Of a DNA stretch of 64,000 nt, positions 14,530-29,039 are shown piece by piece. How positions within the stretch are numbered: position 1 is the stretch's first letter; every line of letters begins with the position of its first letter. A program made the position numbers and the translations under genes. This stretch comes from Eledone cirrhosa (lineage: Eukaryota): the NCBI GenBank assembly GCA_964016885.1, contig OZ024750.1:21514001-21578000 (forward strand), read 5' to 3'. The notes under the pieces are model-generated. The model searched no databases. It was not told the DNA's origin and saw nothing but the letters and a program-made list of their open reading frames with translations.

Positions 14530-15702
14530 TTTCAACATTAACATGATCATATAGTGATATGTTTGAGCGAATTGAGTTCAAAGGAATAATTAATCTAAAC
14601 TGCACGAAGTAATTAAGGAATGCATATTCACTTATTATAAGTAAAAATTGTACTAAGCAAACACCAGATGAAATAAGGTGTCAAATATTACTTTGCATCC
14701 AAGTCATTGAAGCACAAAAACAGTTTATTTAATGAAAGTCTCAAAGTATATATAGCATTAATGTATTTCCGATTGACTGATATGGTTTGTGTGAAGGCGC
14801 GTGGCTTGTTTCTTGTATATTCATCTCACTGGTGTAAGCTTATGCGTTCGATTCACGGCGACGAGTTGTGTTGTTGCGCAAGACATCTTATTCTTATTTC
14901 AAGTCGGTCTAGTCCATCCAGGTGGCAAGAATGAGTTCTATCTGTAATTCAAAGAGCTCGCTGAGTTTTCATGAATGTTCATGAGAACAACGTGAGGGGT
15001 GCACGTTTCTGTGGAATGCTCAAACTTTTACATGTTAATTTTACAAATATGAAATAATTGGAGCACCTATTGCAGGAATCAACGGCCGTCCAACGCACAC
15101 ACACAACACGATACAGTTTGGGTATGCTTCTGGTAAGGCACACAATTAGTAAAATTAAACAAAGAACTTCAAGAGGTTTTTATCACTTCACTAATTCAAT
15201 CTATTGAATGATGTCAAATCTATAACCGCCGTTCCATGAAGTAATCCAATAAAATATATACCATGTACGTCCATATATATGGGTCTCCGTGAAGGTGTAC
15301 ACATATATATTTTTACGTTTTCACACAATAGTAGGGAAAGTATGCGACTACTTGCCCGATATTGGTGAGCTTAGTGCACAGTAAGTATTAGGTTTCTGAC
15401 ATATATTCTTCTGATGTTTCAGTTCACCTTGTTGTTGAGAATAGTTTATCTTAAAGAACATTTACCTGAAATAAACATCTCTGATACCGAGACGGAATTT
15501 CTCAACAGCCGTATAGTTTCAATGGGCCGCTCCCTATAGCTTGTTCCTGTTAGCGTTGTTGTTTTTTGCTTTCTTTAGTTTCTTGTCGTATGTTAGCAGC
15601 AAGGTATGTCTCAACAACCAAATATATATTCAAATGCATTCCAGCCATGACTGTCCCTTTAATAAATAACTCATGTCATACTGCATTATTAAGTATTTTG
15701 AA

Positions 15703-15920
15703 GTGGTGGATTGGCAGTATCGGTAGAGCGTCTGACACCATGCTTTACAGCATAGAGTTACGACCCTTTACGGTCTGAGTTCAAATACGAACGAGGTTAC
15801 CTTTGCCTTTCATCCTTACAGGATCGATAAAATAAAGCACCAGTAAGGTACTAGGGTCGATTTAATCGACTTTCCCCTCCCCACAAAATTACTGGCCTTG
15901 TGCCTATACTAGAAATCATT
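15703..15920 (+). mobile_element. Octopod SINE
   Basis: Family consensus; TSD attattaagtattt. Confidence 0.85.
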
Positions 15921-17543
15921 ATTAAGTATTTGTCTTAAAGGGGAGAAAGTGAGATTTGACTGTTGTTTCTGGAAAGACTCATTGCACATTTGAGTTTTAT
16001 GAATGAATTAACTATGGGTCTTGACACGAATACAAACGCATTCAATTTGTTTATTTAAATATGTTCTAATGTTCACATTTCATGTAGAATTTTGACTGGA
16101 AGAATAATTTTATAAATACATTTTCTGAAAATTCTAAAACAGTTGAAAAAAGTATTCTAATATATTATCTGCTGTTCATTTCAAAAATATTCTTTCAAAC
16201 ATTTTTTTTTATTTTATTTTATTTTATTTTATTTATTTTTGTAATTTAATTTTAATAGTTTTATGAAATATTTAAGCAATCCATGTCGAATTATATTTCT
16301 TTGTTTCTATGTATTTGATATCTTGAGGGGAGGTGAGAGCTAATCAACTTTTCATTCTGATTGAATGCAGAAATTATTTTAATACATTGATTTCCCCATC
16401 GGAAATTAATCTCCATTTCTAATATTTCTTCCTTGGGGGCTGCAGAGAATTATGGGAATTATTTCTAAGAGCCTGTATTTATATTCGTCCGCGTCAACAA
16501 GGTCGAGGGATTTGTCAAATCATAACCGTTGAGTTCTGCCTGTGGCTGGGATATTTATAATTTTACAGCGAACCATTCTACACAGCAAGAAATGTGGCAT
16601 AGGATCAATTTCTAAATAACGGTAGCAATGTAAAATTTTCGATTGTTTGGTTGTATCACTAAGCAAAGTTTCATTTCTCCCGAAGAAGATTTACATCTCA
16701 CTGGTCACATTTAGAAATATTTTGATAGACGTTGTATTGACTGAATCATTAGAACATCGAGCAAAATTGATCGGGGTATTTATTCTAACTCTCTTCACAC
16801 TGAATTCACATTCTACCGAAGTAAAACTTGGCTTTCACCTATTCGGGTTCAGTAAGATAACCTACCTATTCAGATTAGTTGATTCGTGGAGCTGTTAGAG
16901 CATCAAACTTACAGCATTTTGTCCAGCGGCTGGCGTTTAAATCCAGCTGTGCTTCATATAGGAAAGGGATGCAAAAGATCATTAACTCCCGATGAAGTCG
17001 GGGAAACGACGTCCTAACACGTGTACATTTTAAACTTGATAAAGCTCATGCTTGTATAGGCCAGGGTCAGGGCAAAGCTGATTTCTTCAAGTAGAGAGAG
17101 AGAAAGAGAGATGAAGCGAGTGGGAGTGTGTGTGTGAGAGAGGGAGATAGAAAGAGAGATGAAGAGAAATAAGGGAAGGATCGACTTCAGTACTGATCTG
17201 GTACTTAATTCATTTCGAACGGATGAAAGGTTATGAACTCGCCGCCTGTGACCCAAATAGGCGGTAGACTTAATTTATCACACATATTCATAAAACATCT
17301 AGACAATGACTAGATGTACTATGAATATGTTAGCTGCCTAGTGGTCATGTGATGGAGGTCTTCGGCTAAGCCCCGATCAACGTTTTCGGATTTCACCTGA
17401 AGAGAAAAATCAGGATGGAGAGGGAAATGCTACCTTCCATCCTTACGGGGTCGATAAAATAAAGTACCAGTCATGCACTGGAGTCAATTTAATCGACTTT
17501 CCCCTCCCCCAAAATTGCTGGCCTTGTGACAATATAAGAAACC

Positions 17544-17576
<33 letters not shown>

Positions 17577-19696
17577 TCAGGCCCATAACTCTGCTAAACA
17601 CAGAGTTCAAGATTTTGGCCAAGGTGCTAGCAAATAGGTTGGCGCTTGTCGTTGGTGGTCTGGAGGGAGAGGCGCAGACATGCACCATTCCCAACAGATC
17701 CATCCACGACAACCTCCACCTCATGCGATACATCGTGGAGAGGGCAGCTAGGGAACCTGGCACGAGTGGGTGCTTGATCAATTTAGATCAGTCGAAAGCT
17801 TTCGATAGGGTCGACCATCGTTACCTAGCGGCAGTCCTGAGGGCGGCTGGCTTTGGGCCCGTCTTCAGAGGCTGGATCGCTGCCATGCTCAGCGACATCT
17901 GCTCTGTGGTGAGAGTGAACGGTCAATTTTCGGAACCGTTCAACATCATGCGCCCGGTCCGCCAAGGATGTCCCCTCTCGTCCCTCTTGTACGTATTGAT
18001 TCTCGAGCCATTACTGCACAAACTGGAGATATTGAGGGGGATCCCGCGCCGAACTAGGATGCGGAAGATCCGTGTCAGCATATGCGGACGATTTCACCGT
18101 AGTGGTGTCGAACGCCAAACAGATCGAGGCGACCGGTACTACACTAAGAGAATACGAAGCGGTGACAGGAGCAATGATCAACCAGGAAAAGTCAGTGGGC
18201 CTGCAGCTCGGCACCTGGAGAGGCAGGTCCATGCCGTCCAACAGCGTCATCGGGCGCTGGACGGACGGACGGGTTAAATTGCTAGGGGTCTGGTTCGGTC
18301 CGGACCTCCCGACGGACAAAACTGGGACGAGGTGACGAGCAGGGTGGCTTCTCTCACCCAGAAATGGGCGGAGTGGAAGCTATCCTTGAAAGGTCGAGCG
18401 AAGGTGGCTAACGCGTACATCGCGTCCGTCATCTATTACCGCCTGACCGTCGTACCTTGACTAAGCCCCGCCTGACTGCGCTGGAGCGTTTGCTCTTTCG
18501 CTTTTTGTGGAAGGGACGCACTCCGATGGTCAGGAGGTCCATCTGCTGTCAACACTCGCTACGTGGAGGGCTGGGCATGCCGTGGCTGATGATGCGCAGA
18601 CTCGCTCTCAGGCTACGACATCTCCACCTCTTCCTCGACGGTGATCAGGTGTGGTCGCCGTTTGCTAGACGCGTCTTTCCCCAGCTCCTCTTCTTGATGG
18701 AGTTGCAGTCCTGGGTCAAGCGAAGACCGAGAGGGAGCGCTTGGAGACTGGAATGTCTTCAGGCGCTCACAGCCCTCGACCAATCGGGCAATGTGATCGG
18801 TGGAAACTCCACCTTGGGTTTCTATAGAGGATTAGTGGAGGGGTAGAGCGACGACGTACTTGGCGAAACTCTAGGCGTCGACGAAAATCAACTAGCCAAT
18901 CTCTTCGGAAGAACTTTCGGGCCGGGGCCTATGGACAACTTCCAGAAATCCCTGGCCTGGCAGTGCTACCGAGGAGCTTTGCCATTTCCTGATAAAGTCT
19001 ACAGGCATGGAGGTGCCGTCAGTCGGGCATGTCCGAGATGTGCACAGGGCGACGAAACCGTCCTGCACGCGCTCGTCCAGTGTCCGAGCATTGCTGACTT
19101 GTGGGTTTATGTCGAACACCTGCTGTCGCGTGTAGGACGGATCCGGCTATCATCTGAGTCCATCGTGAAGATTGCCCCGCCCTCCTCCTTTAGCCGGGAA
19201 GGGCAGGCAGTTTTTATCTGTCTGGTGGCCATGGCGAAAGAGATAGTATGGTGGACACGTTTGAAAGGGCTGAAGACGAGCACTTACCTCTTCGGTGATG
19301 CCATGATTGACTTTTTCAAATTTCATTTGAAAAGGAAAATCAGAGTAGAGAGGGAAGTGCTCTCTTCCCAGCATTTTGTTGAAAGATGGGTGAGAGAAGC
19401 AAGAATGGCCCGAGTGAATGGGCCTACTCTGAGTATATATCTGTAAATTAAAGATGGAAAACTGGGAGAGGGCACTTGCCTTGGTGGTCAGGGTCACTGT
19501 GGTCTTTTACTGGGCTTTCTCCACAAATGTCCCTCCGAAGTCTCCCCCCTATTGGGGAATTTTTCATTGTTATTTTTTGTTACATCCTCTGTTTTTGTTT
19601 TTTACACGCAGAAATGCCCATTTGTACCGTACTGTATTGTCCTGCACTGTCCTTAATGTCTACTTTATGTAAACCCTTGTGGTTAATAAAGAAATC
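17577..19696 (+). mobile_element. Tx1/L1-clade LINE, 5'-truncated and frameshifted
   Basis: FRPITLLNTEFKILAKVLANRL, LDQSKAFDRVDH, VRQGCPLS, YADD, GGLGMP and a C-terminal CPRC...ETVLHALVQC zinc knuckle. The 3' UTR ends in aataaa; (ATT)n on both sides. Confidence 0.92.
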
Positions 19697-19717
19697 ATTA
19701 TTATTATTATTATTATT

Positions 19718-19840
19718 GGTGTCTCAGTCATTGATGTTATTTAACTGGGACGTTTGTTCGAATGAACATCAAGCCGCTACCTGCAGCCTCAGATGTTCAG
19801 GACGTATCGGAGTGTTCTTGCTTTTCCCAGAAAGCATGCA

Positions 19841-19842
<2 letters not shown>
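19718..19842 (-). mobile_element. 3' terminal fragment of an R4/Dong-type (RLE) LINE in (AAT)n
   Basis: The minus strand reads ACFLGKARTLRYVLNI*, resembling the typical R4/Dong C-terminus (A.LLGTARILR.VL*), followed by a short UTR and (AAT)n. Confidence 0.65.
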
Positions 19843-19898
<56 letters not shown>

Positions 19899-20879
19899 GT
19901 CATCATTATTTATAAATTAATTTAGTTGTTAATGTTTTATTAATACTTAATTATGCGAAAGTAACGAAAAACTGATAGAAATTCTATTAAAATAATTAAT
20001 TAATGAAACACCTGGAAAATGTGTGTCAAATTATTAAATTTCCTAAAAATCCACTTATTGAAAATTATTCCAGTATCAAACTGACGATAAACTCCAATTT
20101 GTTGCCGTCGTTTTTCCAATCAATCGGCGGTTACGACGTCGGTTGTTTTAAAGATGAACTGTATTGGTTATATGGGTCATCCTAAACATTTTCTTTTTAC
20201 ATAAAACTGAATCGTGAGACTGATGGGAGAAATGAGAAAGGCATTAATGTATCTTCGTATCAGACTTGCTCCGAATAATTTCAACTAAAGTATCTCCATT
20301 AAAGCCACCTGTGGAGCAGGTCAATGCGTTAAACCTATCCATGCATTAAATCTACCTCGTATATAATTCACGGTAGTATTCTACTCAAAAAGCCACAAGA
20401 TGGATTAAATAATGCTTTAATAATTTCGCCAATCCATCGTAAAATTCATAATTGCCTTTCATTCACGAAATAAAGGAAACGTCAAGCCTTTAAATAGATG
20501 GTCTGAGAGTTAACGTAAAACCTGTTATTTGGGGAAATGTGCGTGCTAATTCAAGCAATCCATTAATGACATAGATGGTCGCCTACTTAATTAGAAGTTA
20601 AAGTGAAGTGGGATGATCCTTTATATCTAAGCAATATTTGTTGTATTGTAATTCAGTATAATACCAGAACCGCTAGAGCGCCAGATAAAATGCTTGGTGT
20701 CATTTAGTTAAGATTCTTTATGTTTTCAGTGCAAATTTCACCGCGATCAGTTCTGCCTTATATCATTCTTGAGTTGATTAAATAAAGTACCAATGAAGTT
20801 GATTGGTTATTTATTTTATCACTCCAGTTGCTAACCTTGTGTCTGATATAGAAATCATTATTGGGGTGAAGTGAGGGCA

Positions 20880-21108
20880 GTGGATTGCAGCATTTACGGA
20901 GTTACGGTCCTTACGGTCTTGCTTTACAGAGTTACGGTCCTTTGCGACGGTCTGAGTTCCAATCCCACCGAATTTAACTTTGCCTTTCATCCTTCCGGGG
21001 TCGATAAAATAAAGCACCAGTAACGTACTGGTCTCGATTTAATCGACTTTCCTCCCCCCCCCCCAATAAAGAAAATTACTAGCCTTGTGGCTATACTAGA
21101 AATCATTA
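20880..21108 (+). mobile_element. Octopod SINE (an older copy lies just upstream at ~20650-20860)
   Basis: Family consensus body and tail. Confidence 0.75.
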
Positions 21109-24100
21109 TTTGGGTGAAGTTTTCCTACTATTTTTAGCAAATCCACCGATCACATAAAAGTGTCTTCTTTAACTACAATTTATACTTATATTTCTAATTG
21201 ATAATTTCATAGTTGTTGTTGTTGTTGTGTTGTTGTATAGTTCTTGTGATGTCGCTGTTGGTTTTGCTGTTCTCATTATTTACGTGCTTATGTATATTGT
21301 CAACATTTCAAGCTAACGGGTGACATATTTTAAATACGTAATTACGTCCATTGAGGAATAACATTTATGACAGTTATATGGCTTCATTATCTGCTTAGCG
21401 CATATAGACACTCATTAGTTGTATGCATTTAATAAATGCACACTAATCGATTTTGGCTAAATCTCTCGTGCGATTTCTCATGCTACAACAGTATGTATAA
21501 GATTACTATTAATAATAACAAAATCAATAATACTATTATCACTAATAACGGAATTTACATCTTTTGAAATACATTTACGGTACTTCAACAAGGGCGACCT
21601 AATTTTCAAGAGTAGTCACGCATTGACAATCAATAGATTCTTTCAGCATGGTGACGTGCAGTTTCTAAGAATATATTATTATAAATTGGCAAAATGAAAA
21701 CGAAATTCAGAAAAAAACGTCAACAAACATTACAGTAATTTACACCTTTATAACATTCCCTTACGGCTGTTCTTAGCGTCATAATGTAACTTACATGGCA
21801 GCTGTTTTTCCTTGCAATTGTCCTTGATCTTCTTGCTTTAGCGTTTGTTTTGTGTTTTGTCTTTTTTGTCACAAATATATAAAGACACGTTTGGAACAAA
21901 AGCAAAGTAAATAATAAACTGAACCATTTGAAACCAAATTTCTGTATGAAAACATAAAACATTTAATAAAAATAACGTCAAGTTATATATATATATTTAT
22001 ATATGTGTGTGTATATTCATTCACTTTGTTTTTCTTTATTTTACTTTTTCTCTGATTTTAATGTTAATATATCTTTAACACCACTCTCCCATTGTATTTT
22101 ATTCTCACTTCCTCTCTCACTCTCCCTCCCTCTCATTGTCTCTCTATTTTACGTTCTCTCTTTCTCTCACATTTATTGTCATCATCATTAACATGATTAT
22201 GCTGAAGCTCGTTCGATGAACTGTACCGGAAATACAGTGTAAGCTTTGTCACATTGTGTCCCACTGATTCTCTTCCGGAATTGCGTTAAGCCACTTACAC
22301 TTTAATTACTTGAACACATAGTTCAGCTATTTGAACTGTGCGTCATAGAAACCGACGTAGATTCATTTTCCTGCTCTTGGAAATGTGTTGTATAAGCAAA
22401 GTCATTTGAATTCATGTTTCAGATACCTACATGTTTATTATAAACTCCACATAGTTGCTGTGTGCTCATTTAAAAAATATATTTGACATTTCAATATCTC
22501 ATCTCTTAAATACGAACATGTTAAATAGAAAGCTTTTCTTCGTACTTATTCACCACCGACAAAGTACGTGAGCTGAACAATAACTAGTAACCTTGAAGTT
22601 AACCTCACTTCTAAAACTGAACTAAATTCTAACTTCAGAATTGATGAAAAACAAGAAAAATATTCTCTGAAGAATTTAAAGCTTCATGAACAGAATACAA
22701 AATGTTTCTCAACATAATTAATTGAAGAGGATTCCACTTTGGTTTGGTTTGCACTGGAAACAATAAACTATATGGACATTACTTGATATTCATTAAACAG
22801 TCATTTGCTAAGTGAAGAATGATAATACTTTATTGTAAAGAAAAGAGAAACCAGGAAATAAAATGAAACGAAGTGAATATCAGGTTTCAAGAATGTCTTC
22901 TAATGAATAGTTTATATTCAACGGTAAATAGTCTTCTATAATGAAATAAATGACATTTCGATATTCTCGCGAGAAATCAAGTCCTGTAAGGACTGACCAA
23001 GAAACAAAATTATGAATTAAAGTGTAAAAGGCAAGAATGCATTAAAATACATAATAGTACAATCTTAACAGATATAACACCACTAAAATTATAATTTTCT
23101 GGTAATAGAATTTTGCTGTAAATTTATATTTTAGATTTACTTTTTATAAATAATCTATTGAATAAGAAAATAGTGTGTCAACAAGCATACATTTTTATAA
23201 TATTTCTACACATATTATCTGTAAGAATCGATTCCCAATAAAGGCAAAATAATTCTTATTAGGAATAAAACGATGCAAACCAATTTTACATAAATCTTTT
23301 GTGACATAAATCTTTTTTCTAAATTCTAATTTTCATTTGCCAAATGAATATGCGGAATAAGGATGGTGGTGACAACGAAAGAGGCTGAGGCAGCTGTGGA
23401 AAAGGGTGAATATATGTGTAAATGATATCGATTTATCTGAACATTAAAACAAGTTGCTGAGAATTCTCATTGTAATTTATAGCAATCTGAACTTTAAAGA
23501 ATAGGTGTAGTATGGCAAAATAAACCATATATACATATAAAAGGTTTTGAAGTATATTTAATGTTCGAATTTCGATATAAAATCAACCCCGACCTTTCCT
23601 CTCTCATTTACATATGCACTATATATCATCTATGTCATTATTATAGAACTAGTATAGATAAAAACACCATATAGTATAGATAAAAACACCTTTAATTAAG
23701 AAAGAAAGTCCATAAAATCTCTCAGGTTTAATATATGGTTATTCTAGTCTATATGCTTGTCGTTAGTTCAATCTCTGAGTTATTGCATCTATCTATACTC
23801 TAGTTTATATATATTGGGAAAAGCAACTGACATCACAAGTAAGTAATGAACTTTCACGAAGATATCCTAGGCATGATCAGTGGAGTGGCAACAATATATC
23901 CCAAGGATTTGAATAATTGGTTAAGTTCGAAATTCCAAATACGATAATAACCTAAAGAAGGTCGAGATCCCAACGACCTAAGCGTTGTGACAATAATCCG
24001 CTTGGGAATAGTAGTGTGTCACACTAAATATCACCGAGCATCTATTTCTGCAGCTTGGACTTTGAATTCAATTCACAGATTTTGGGAGCATAGCTGCCCT

Positions 24101-24556
24101 AGTGTCATATCTGAAAATACGTACATGTAATTATACGAAATAAGATAGAGTTACTCTACTGTTGTTTGGCAGGCTAGAAACTGCAGCAAAAGCACCATTT
24201 TAAGAGGAGTGATCGATTTATCAGACGATATAGTCCTAGATACACTTTGTCTGAACAAACAATAGAATGAGCTCAAATATTAGCAGCTTTGAAGATATGT
24301 ATACTCGATCAAGGCTATACTAAAGCTAAAAAGCAAGAGAGCAACATTTCATATATCCTTGTTGTATTTTAGAATTATATCAAACATATTTCGTGTCTTA
24401 TCTAAAGCAATAGCTATATTTCTGAGGTCACGGTTAGTAACATAGATCAAATATATCCTAATGTGTGAGTGCATATGACTTCTATCACTTACCTCCTCAG
24501 TATAGAGCGTCATTGCGTCAAACAGACAGATAGACAGGAAGACAAACACACACACA

Positions 24557-24624
<68 letters not shown>

Positions 24625-24640
24625 TGTGTGTGTGTTTGTC

Positions 24641-24687
24641 TTCCTGATGATTTCTAAAGAATGAAACAGTTTTCTAGTCCTGTAGAA
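24641..24687 (+). ncRNA. Type I hammerhead ribozyme
   Basis: ttc-CTGATGA-tttctaaagaat-GAAA-cag...ctg-TA-gaa, inside a ~150-nt insert between (TA)n tracts. Confidence 0.6.
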
Positions 24688-24772
24688 TCTCATCTATATT
24701 AAAACTTTTATACTCTGCAATGTATTGAGTACCTTACTTACTGTGGTTACCTCCGATTCAACGCGGAATAAC

Positions 24773-24842
<70 letters not shown>

Positions 24843-24859
24843 GTATACATATACATATG

Positions 24860-24895
<36 letters not shown>

Positions 24896-24906
24896 GGGGG
24901 GTGTAT

Positions 24907-24984
<78 letters not shown>

Positions 24985-25328
24985 AATGGCAGCTATGATG
25001 CTTCCATGGGCGGTATGCCAGTTTAGCACTCTATGTTCTTACAGAGCAGAGTGTGGTAAAATATACAACGAAAAATCAGTGATGCATCTGGACTCAATTA
25101 ATTGTGTGTTACAATTGTTTCGCCAGCAGACAGCTCAAGACACGATCATTGTATGGATCTGCCTGATTCCAGAACTGCAGGTTCTTCGGACACTGGCAAT
25201 ATTTTCGGAACAAATTTTCTCACTGGGGTGTTATATATGTATATAGATATATATGTATACATACATACATACATACATACATACATACATACATACATAC
25301 ATACATACATACATACATACATACATAA

Positions 25329-26810
25329 GAAAGATCTGGTCATCGGAACTCTCTGCGCAAAACAAAACATTGGCTCACAATGTGTTTGCTGTGCCTGTCC
25401 TAACACCAACGTTTGGAATACTCAAATGGACGATAGACGAAATCCGAGCAGTTGACGTTGGAACTCGAAAAATACTGAACAACACCGGAAACTTCCACAT
25501 CAACAGTGACATAGACCGCCTTTACTTGAAACGTAAGCAGGGAGGCAGAGGCCTAACATCAGTCCAGACAACATTTGAATGTCGCATCATATCTCTCCGA
25601 CAGCATCTACGAAGCTCGAAGCATAGGAGCCCGCTTCTCGAGCAAGTCTATCTGCATGAAACAGATAAGATCATGAGAGTTGGGAAGGAACTCCTTGAGA
25701 GATATTCCCTGTGTGATAATCAAAACCTCACACCCAGGGATGTCGCTCAGCAGTATCGCAGTGAATCCATAGATGAAAAACTGAATGTCTATCAGCAAAA
25801 TATCATGCATGGATATGTTGCCAGGTAGCTCCAGAGTGAGAGTAATATAGATAAGGAAAGTAGTCTATCTTGGACCAACAACCGCTATATTGGCTCCCAC
25901 TTTGAAGGATACGCTCTTGCAATCCAAGAACAGGAGATTACAACGAAATACCTGATTCACAAAAGAGATAGGGATGCAGGCAAAACACCTAGATGTGATA
26001 ACAAGTGCAGACTCTGCAGGACTAACATCGAGAATATCACCCATGTCATCAGCAGCTGTCCAAAGATGTCATCGCGGTTCTATCTACCTATGAGGCATGA
26101 TGTAGTGGCCAAAACACTGTACAATGCAGTTCGTAAAAAAGATAGCCCCGATAATAAACACGTCAAAAGCTACAACAATGTGGAAGACATCCATGTACAT
26201 AATATGAAAGAGTACTGGTGGAATGTTCCAGTAAAATCCTCAATAAAATGCAGGCATAACAGACAAGATATTATGATATGGGACAGGGAGAAGAAAACAT
26301 GCACAGTAGTGGAAATTAGCTGCCCAGCAGATGCCAATATAATATCAAAGATTAGTGAAAAGGAGAATATTTATGCAGAACTGAAGAGAAATCTGCAGAT
26401 ACTCCACCCTGATTACACCTTCAAATTTATGCCTGTGATTGTTGGGGCACTGGGATATGTTAGTAACTGCCTTAATACAAATCTTGAGAAGCTAAGCTTA
26501 CAGGAACAGAAAGAACACAACTAGTTAGGAAACTACAAGTACAATCCATTAATGGAACAGTAAAAATATGTAAAACATTCCAAAAATGTTGCATCTAATA
26601 ACTGCATATACACATGTACACATGCACACATACAACTCAAAACCTACACATCCACACATACAATAACATCCATATCTACACATGCATATGCATACATACA
26701 TATCTACCTAGTTGATGTTGTGTAAATTCCAGTGAGAAAGTCTTGTGTCTATTTTAGAAACCGACTCTCTCTCTATTGGTAAAACTTTGTGAAATTATAA
26801 AACCAGAAGA
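25329..26810 (+). mobile_element. R4/Dong-clade RLE-endonuclease LINE, 5'-truncated, in an (ACAT)n microsatellite
   Basis: IDRLYLKRKQGGRGL, HG, AIQEQ, CCHC knuckle CRLC...NITHVISSC, RHDVVAK, and HNRQDIMIWD...VVEISCP (RLE, with PD changed to QD). In-frame stop at 25826; (ACAT)n on both flanks. Confidence 0.9.
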
Positions 26811-26829
26811 ACATACATACATACATACG

Positions 26830-26864
<35 letters not shown>

Positions 26865-27302
26865 CTGTGTGTGTGTGTGTATATATATGTGTGTGTGGGG
26901 GGGGGGGGGTGATAAACATTGATTGCCAGATAAATTAACAATGGAGATATAAAAGATACAGAAGCGAAAACCAACCCAAACAGTCGGTGTGTTCTTTTAT
27001 TATTTCTGGCAATATTATAACAATATGACCCTCCCCAAATATAACAATATATATATATATATATATATTTGAAGAAAAGGAAAAGAATGACTTCACTCAA
27101 AATTCCTCATTAATTAAACCCCAGACATCTAAAGACTCCAGAGTTTTTCAGTCGGACATGAAAAAAATATTTTGTTTATGTCTGACTGAAAGATTCTGGA
27201 GTTTTTACATGTCTGGAGTTTAATTAATGAGGAATTTTGAGCGAAGTCATTCTTTTCCTTTTTTTCAAATATACCTAACTGTACCAAGGATCTCACACAT
27301 TT

Positions 27303-27368
<66 letters not shown>

Positions 27369-27605
27369 AGATATATGTATATATATGTATATATATATAG
27401 ATATATATGTAGATATATATGTATATATACGTATATATATGTATATATACGTATATATATATATATATATGGATATATAGCGATATATATAGACGTATAT
27501 AGTTATGTATATATAGATAAATATGTAGATATATATATGTATATATACGTATACATATATATAATATATATATGGATATATAGCGATATATATTGACGTA
27601 TATAG

Positions 27606-27652
<47 letters not shown>

Positions 27653-29039
27653 ATTCATTTGATTTTTATGATTAATTTGGTTTGCGAGTATTTCAAATTT
27701 ATACTAGAACCTTTAATTTATTAGATCTTGCTTAGGTACACACACCGATTTCTATTCATATAATCCCGATTGTAAATTTCGTAGACGACAATACAAAAAG
27801 TTAGTAGTATTCATTACTGGTTTGGAGAATTCTGTAAAGTTAATCATAATATTAATGATCGAATATTTCTTTATTATTATATACCAATAAACAAACATTC
27901 TAATCTATATTTTAGACAGAATGATAAATTCGAGGTTAAACAAACGAAATCACTTGACCTCAAACTTAGCTCCATATTTGTTATAATGTCAACTAAAGAG
28001 GATATCAGATAGTTTATGAAGGAAATTAGATGAACTCTTAGGGGAATACTGCGGCGATATATCTCGTTGTTTAATAACGAAGCCAAGTTTCCTTAGGATA
28101 TAATTCAATAATTTATTTTACTGTTTGTCTATCGAATGTGAGGGAATACTGTTACCCTCCTGACTGATACGTTTTACTTTAATGTTGATAAATTAGAATA
28201 CAGGAGGTGATAACTTATCGTATTTCCGCCTAATGACAAGATGACATCCTTATTACTACATTTCCAAGTCTCTAATGTACTTTGGAAAATGCATCAAATT
28301 CACATTTAGGTCTCATGTGTAAAGTGTACACTGCCTGCAAAAGAGTGATAAAATCTTCGAAACCTGAGGCTGAAAATTAGTAATTCTGCTTCTAAAAATA
28401 TAACGTTGAAAACGAAGAAAAATATAACGTTGAAAACAGAAAAGTCTCTTCTTTTTGCCATTTTGTTCTTTTTTCTTTGTTGTTGTTCTTGTTTCCTTAT
28501 TTTTTTTTTTGTTTTTTTGTTTTTGTTTTGTTTTTGTCGCTGTCAACATTTGTTTTATCGTTCGCCCAAATCATTCCATGATAATAGATCTTCCAGCTGC
28601 CAATATACCGTTTTCTTTTTCTTTTCTTGGGCAGTGTGTCTAGGATTGCATTATCAAATTTCTCCCTCCCTTATCTATGCAGTTTGGGACAGACTTGACT
28701 CCTGTTTCTAGAAGTTCGAACGAAGCTATAGTCTCTTTCTTTGGTTTGTTTGTGATGTTGTTGTTATTGTTTGGTTCGTTGTCTTTTGCATCTTTGTTGT
28801 TTGTATTGTATATATTAGCCCAATCGAAAGTTGTTGTAGAGCGCTACATGTCACCTTAGGATATTTTCACAAAGAAAAAAAGACATCTTACCAGCTATCA
28901 TATAGACATGCTGGACTGTTTTCTTACCTCATCAATCGCCAATTGAAAGGTTTATGTCCACGACAGGCCTTGAATTTAGAACTTAAAGAGCAGAAACAAA
29001 GATAGCAAGATAATGATTCTGTTAATTTATGTAGAAAAC

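Noticed and set aside
27180-27216. HHR-like ctgaaaga...acatgtc in the palindrome arms
   Set aside because: GAAA is replaced by ttta in both arms.
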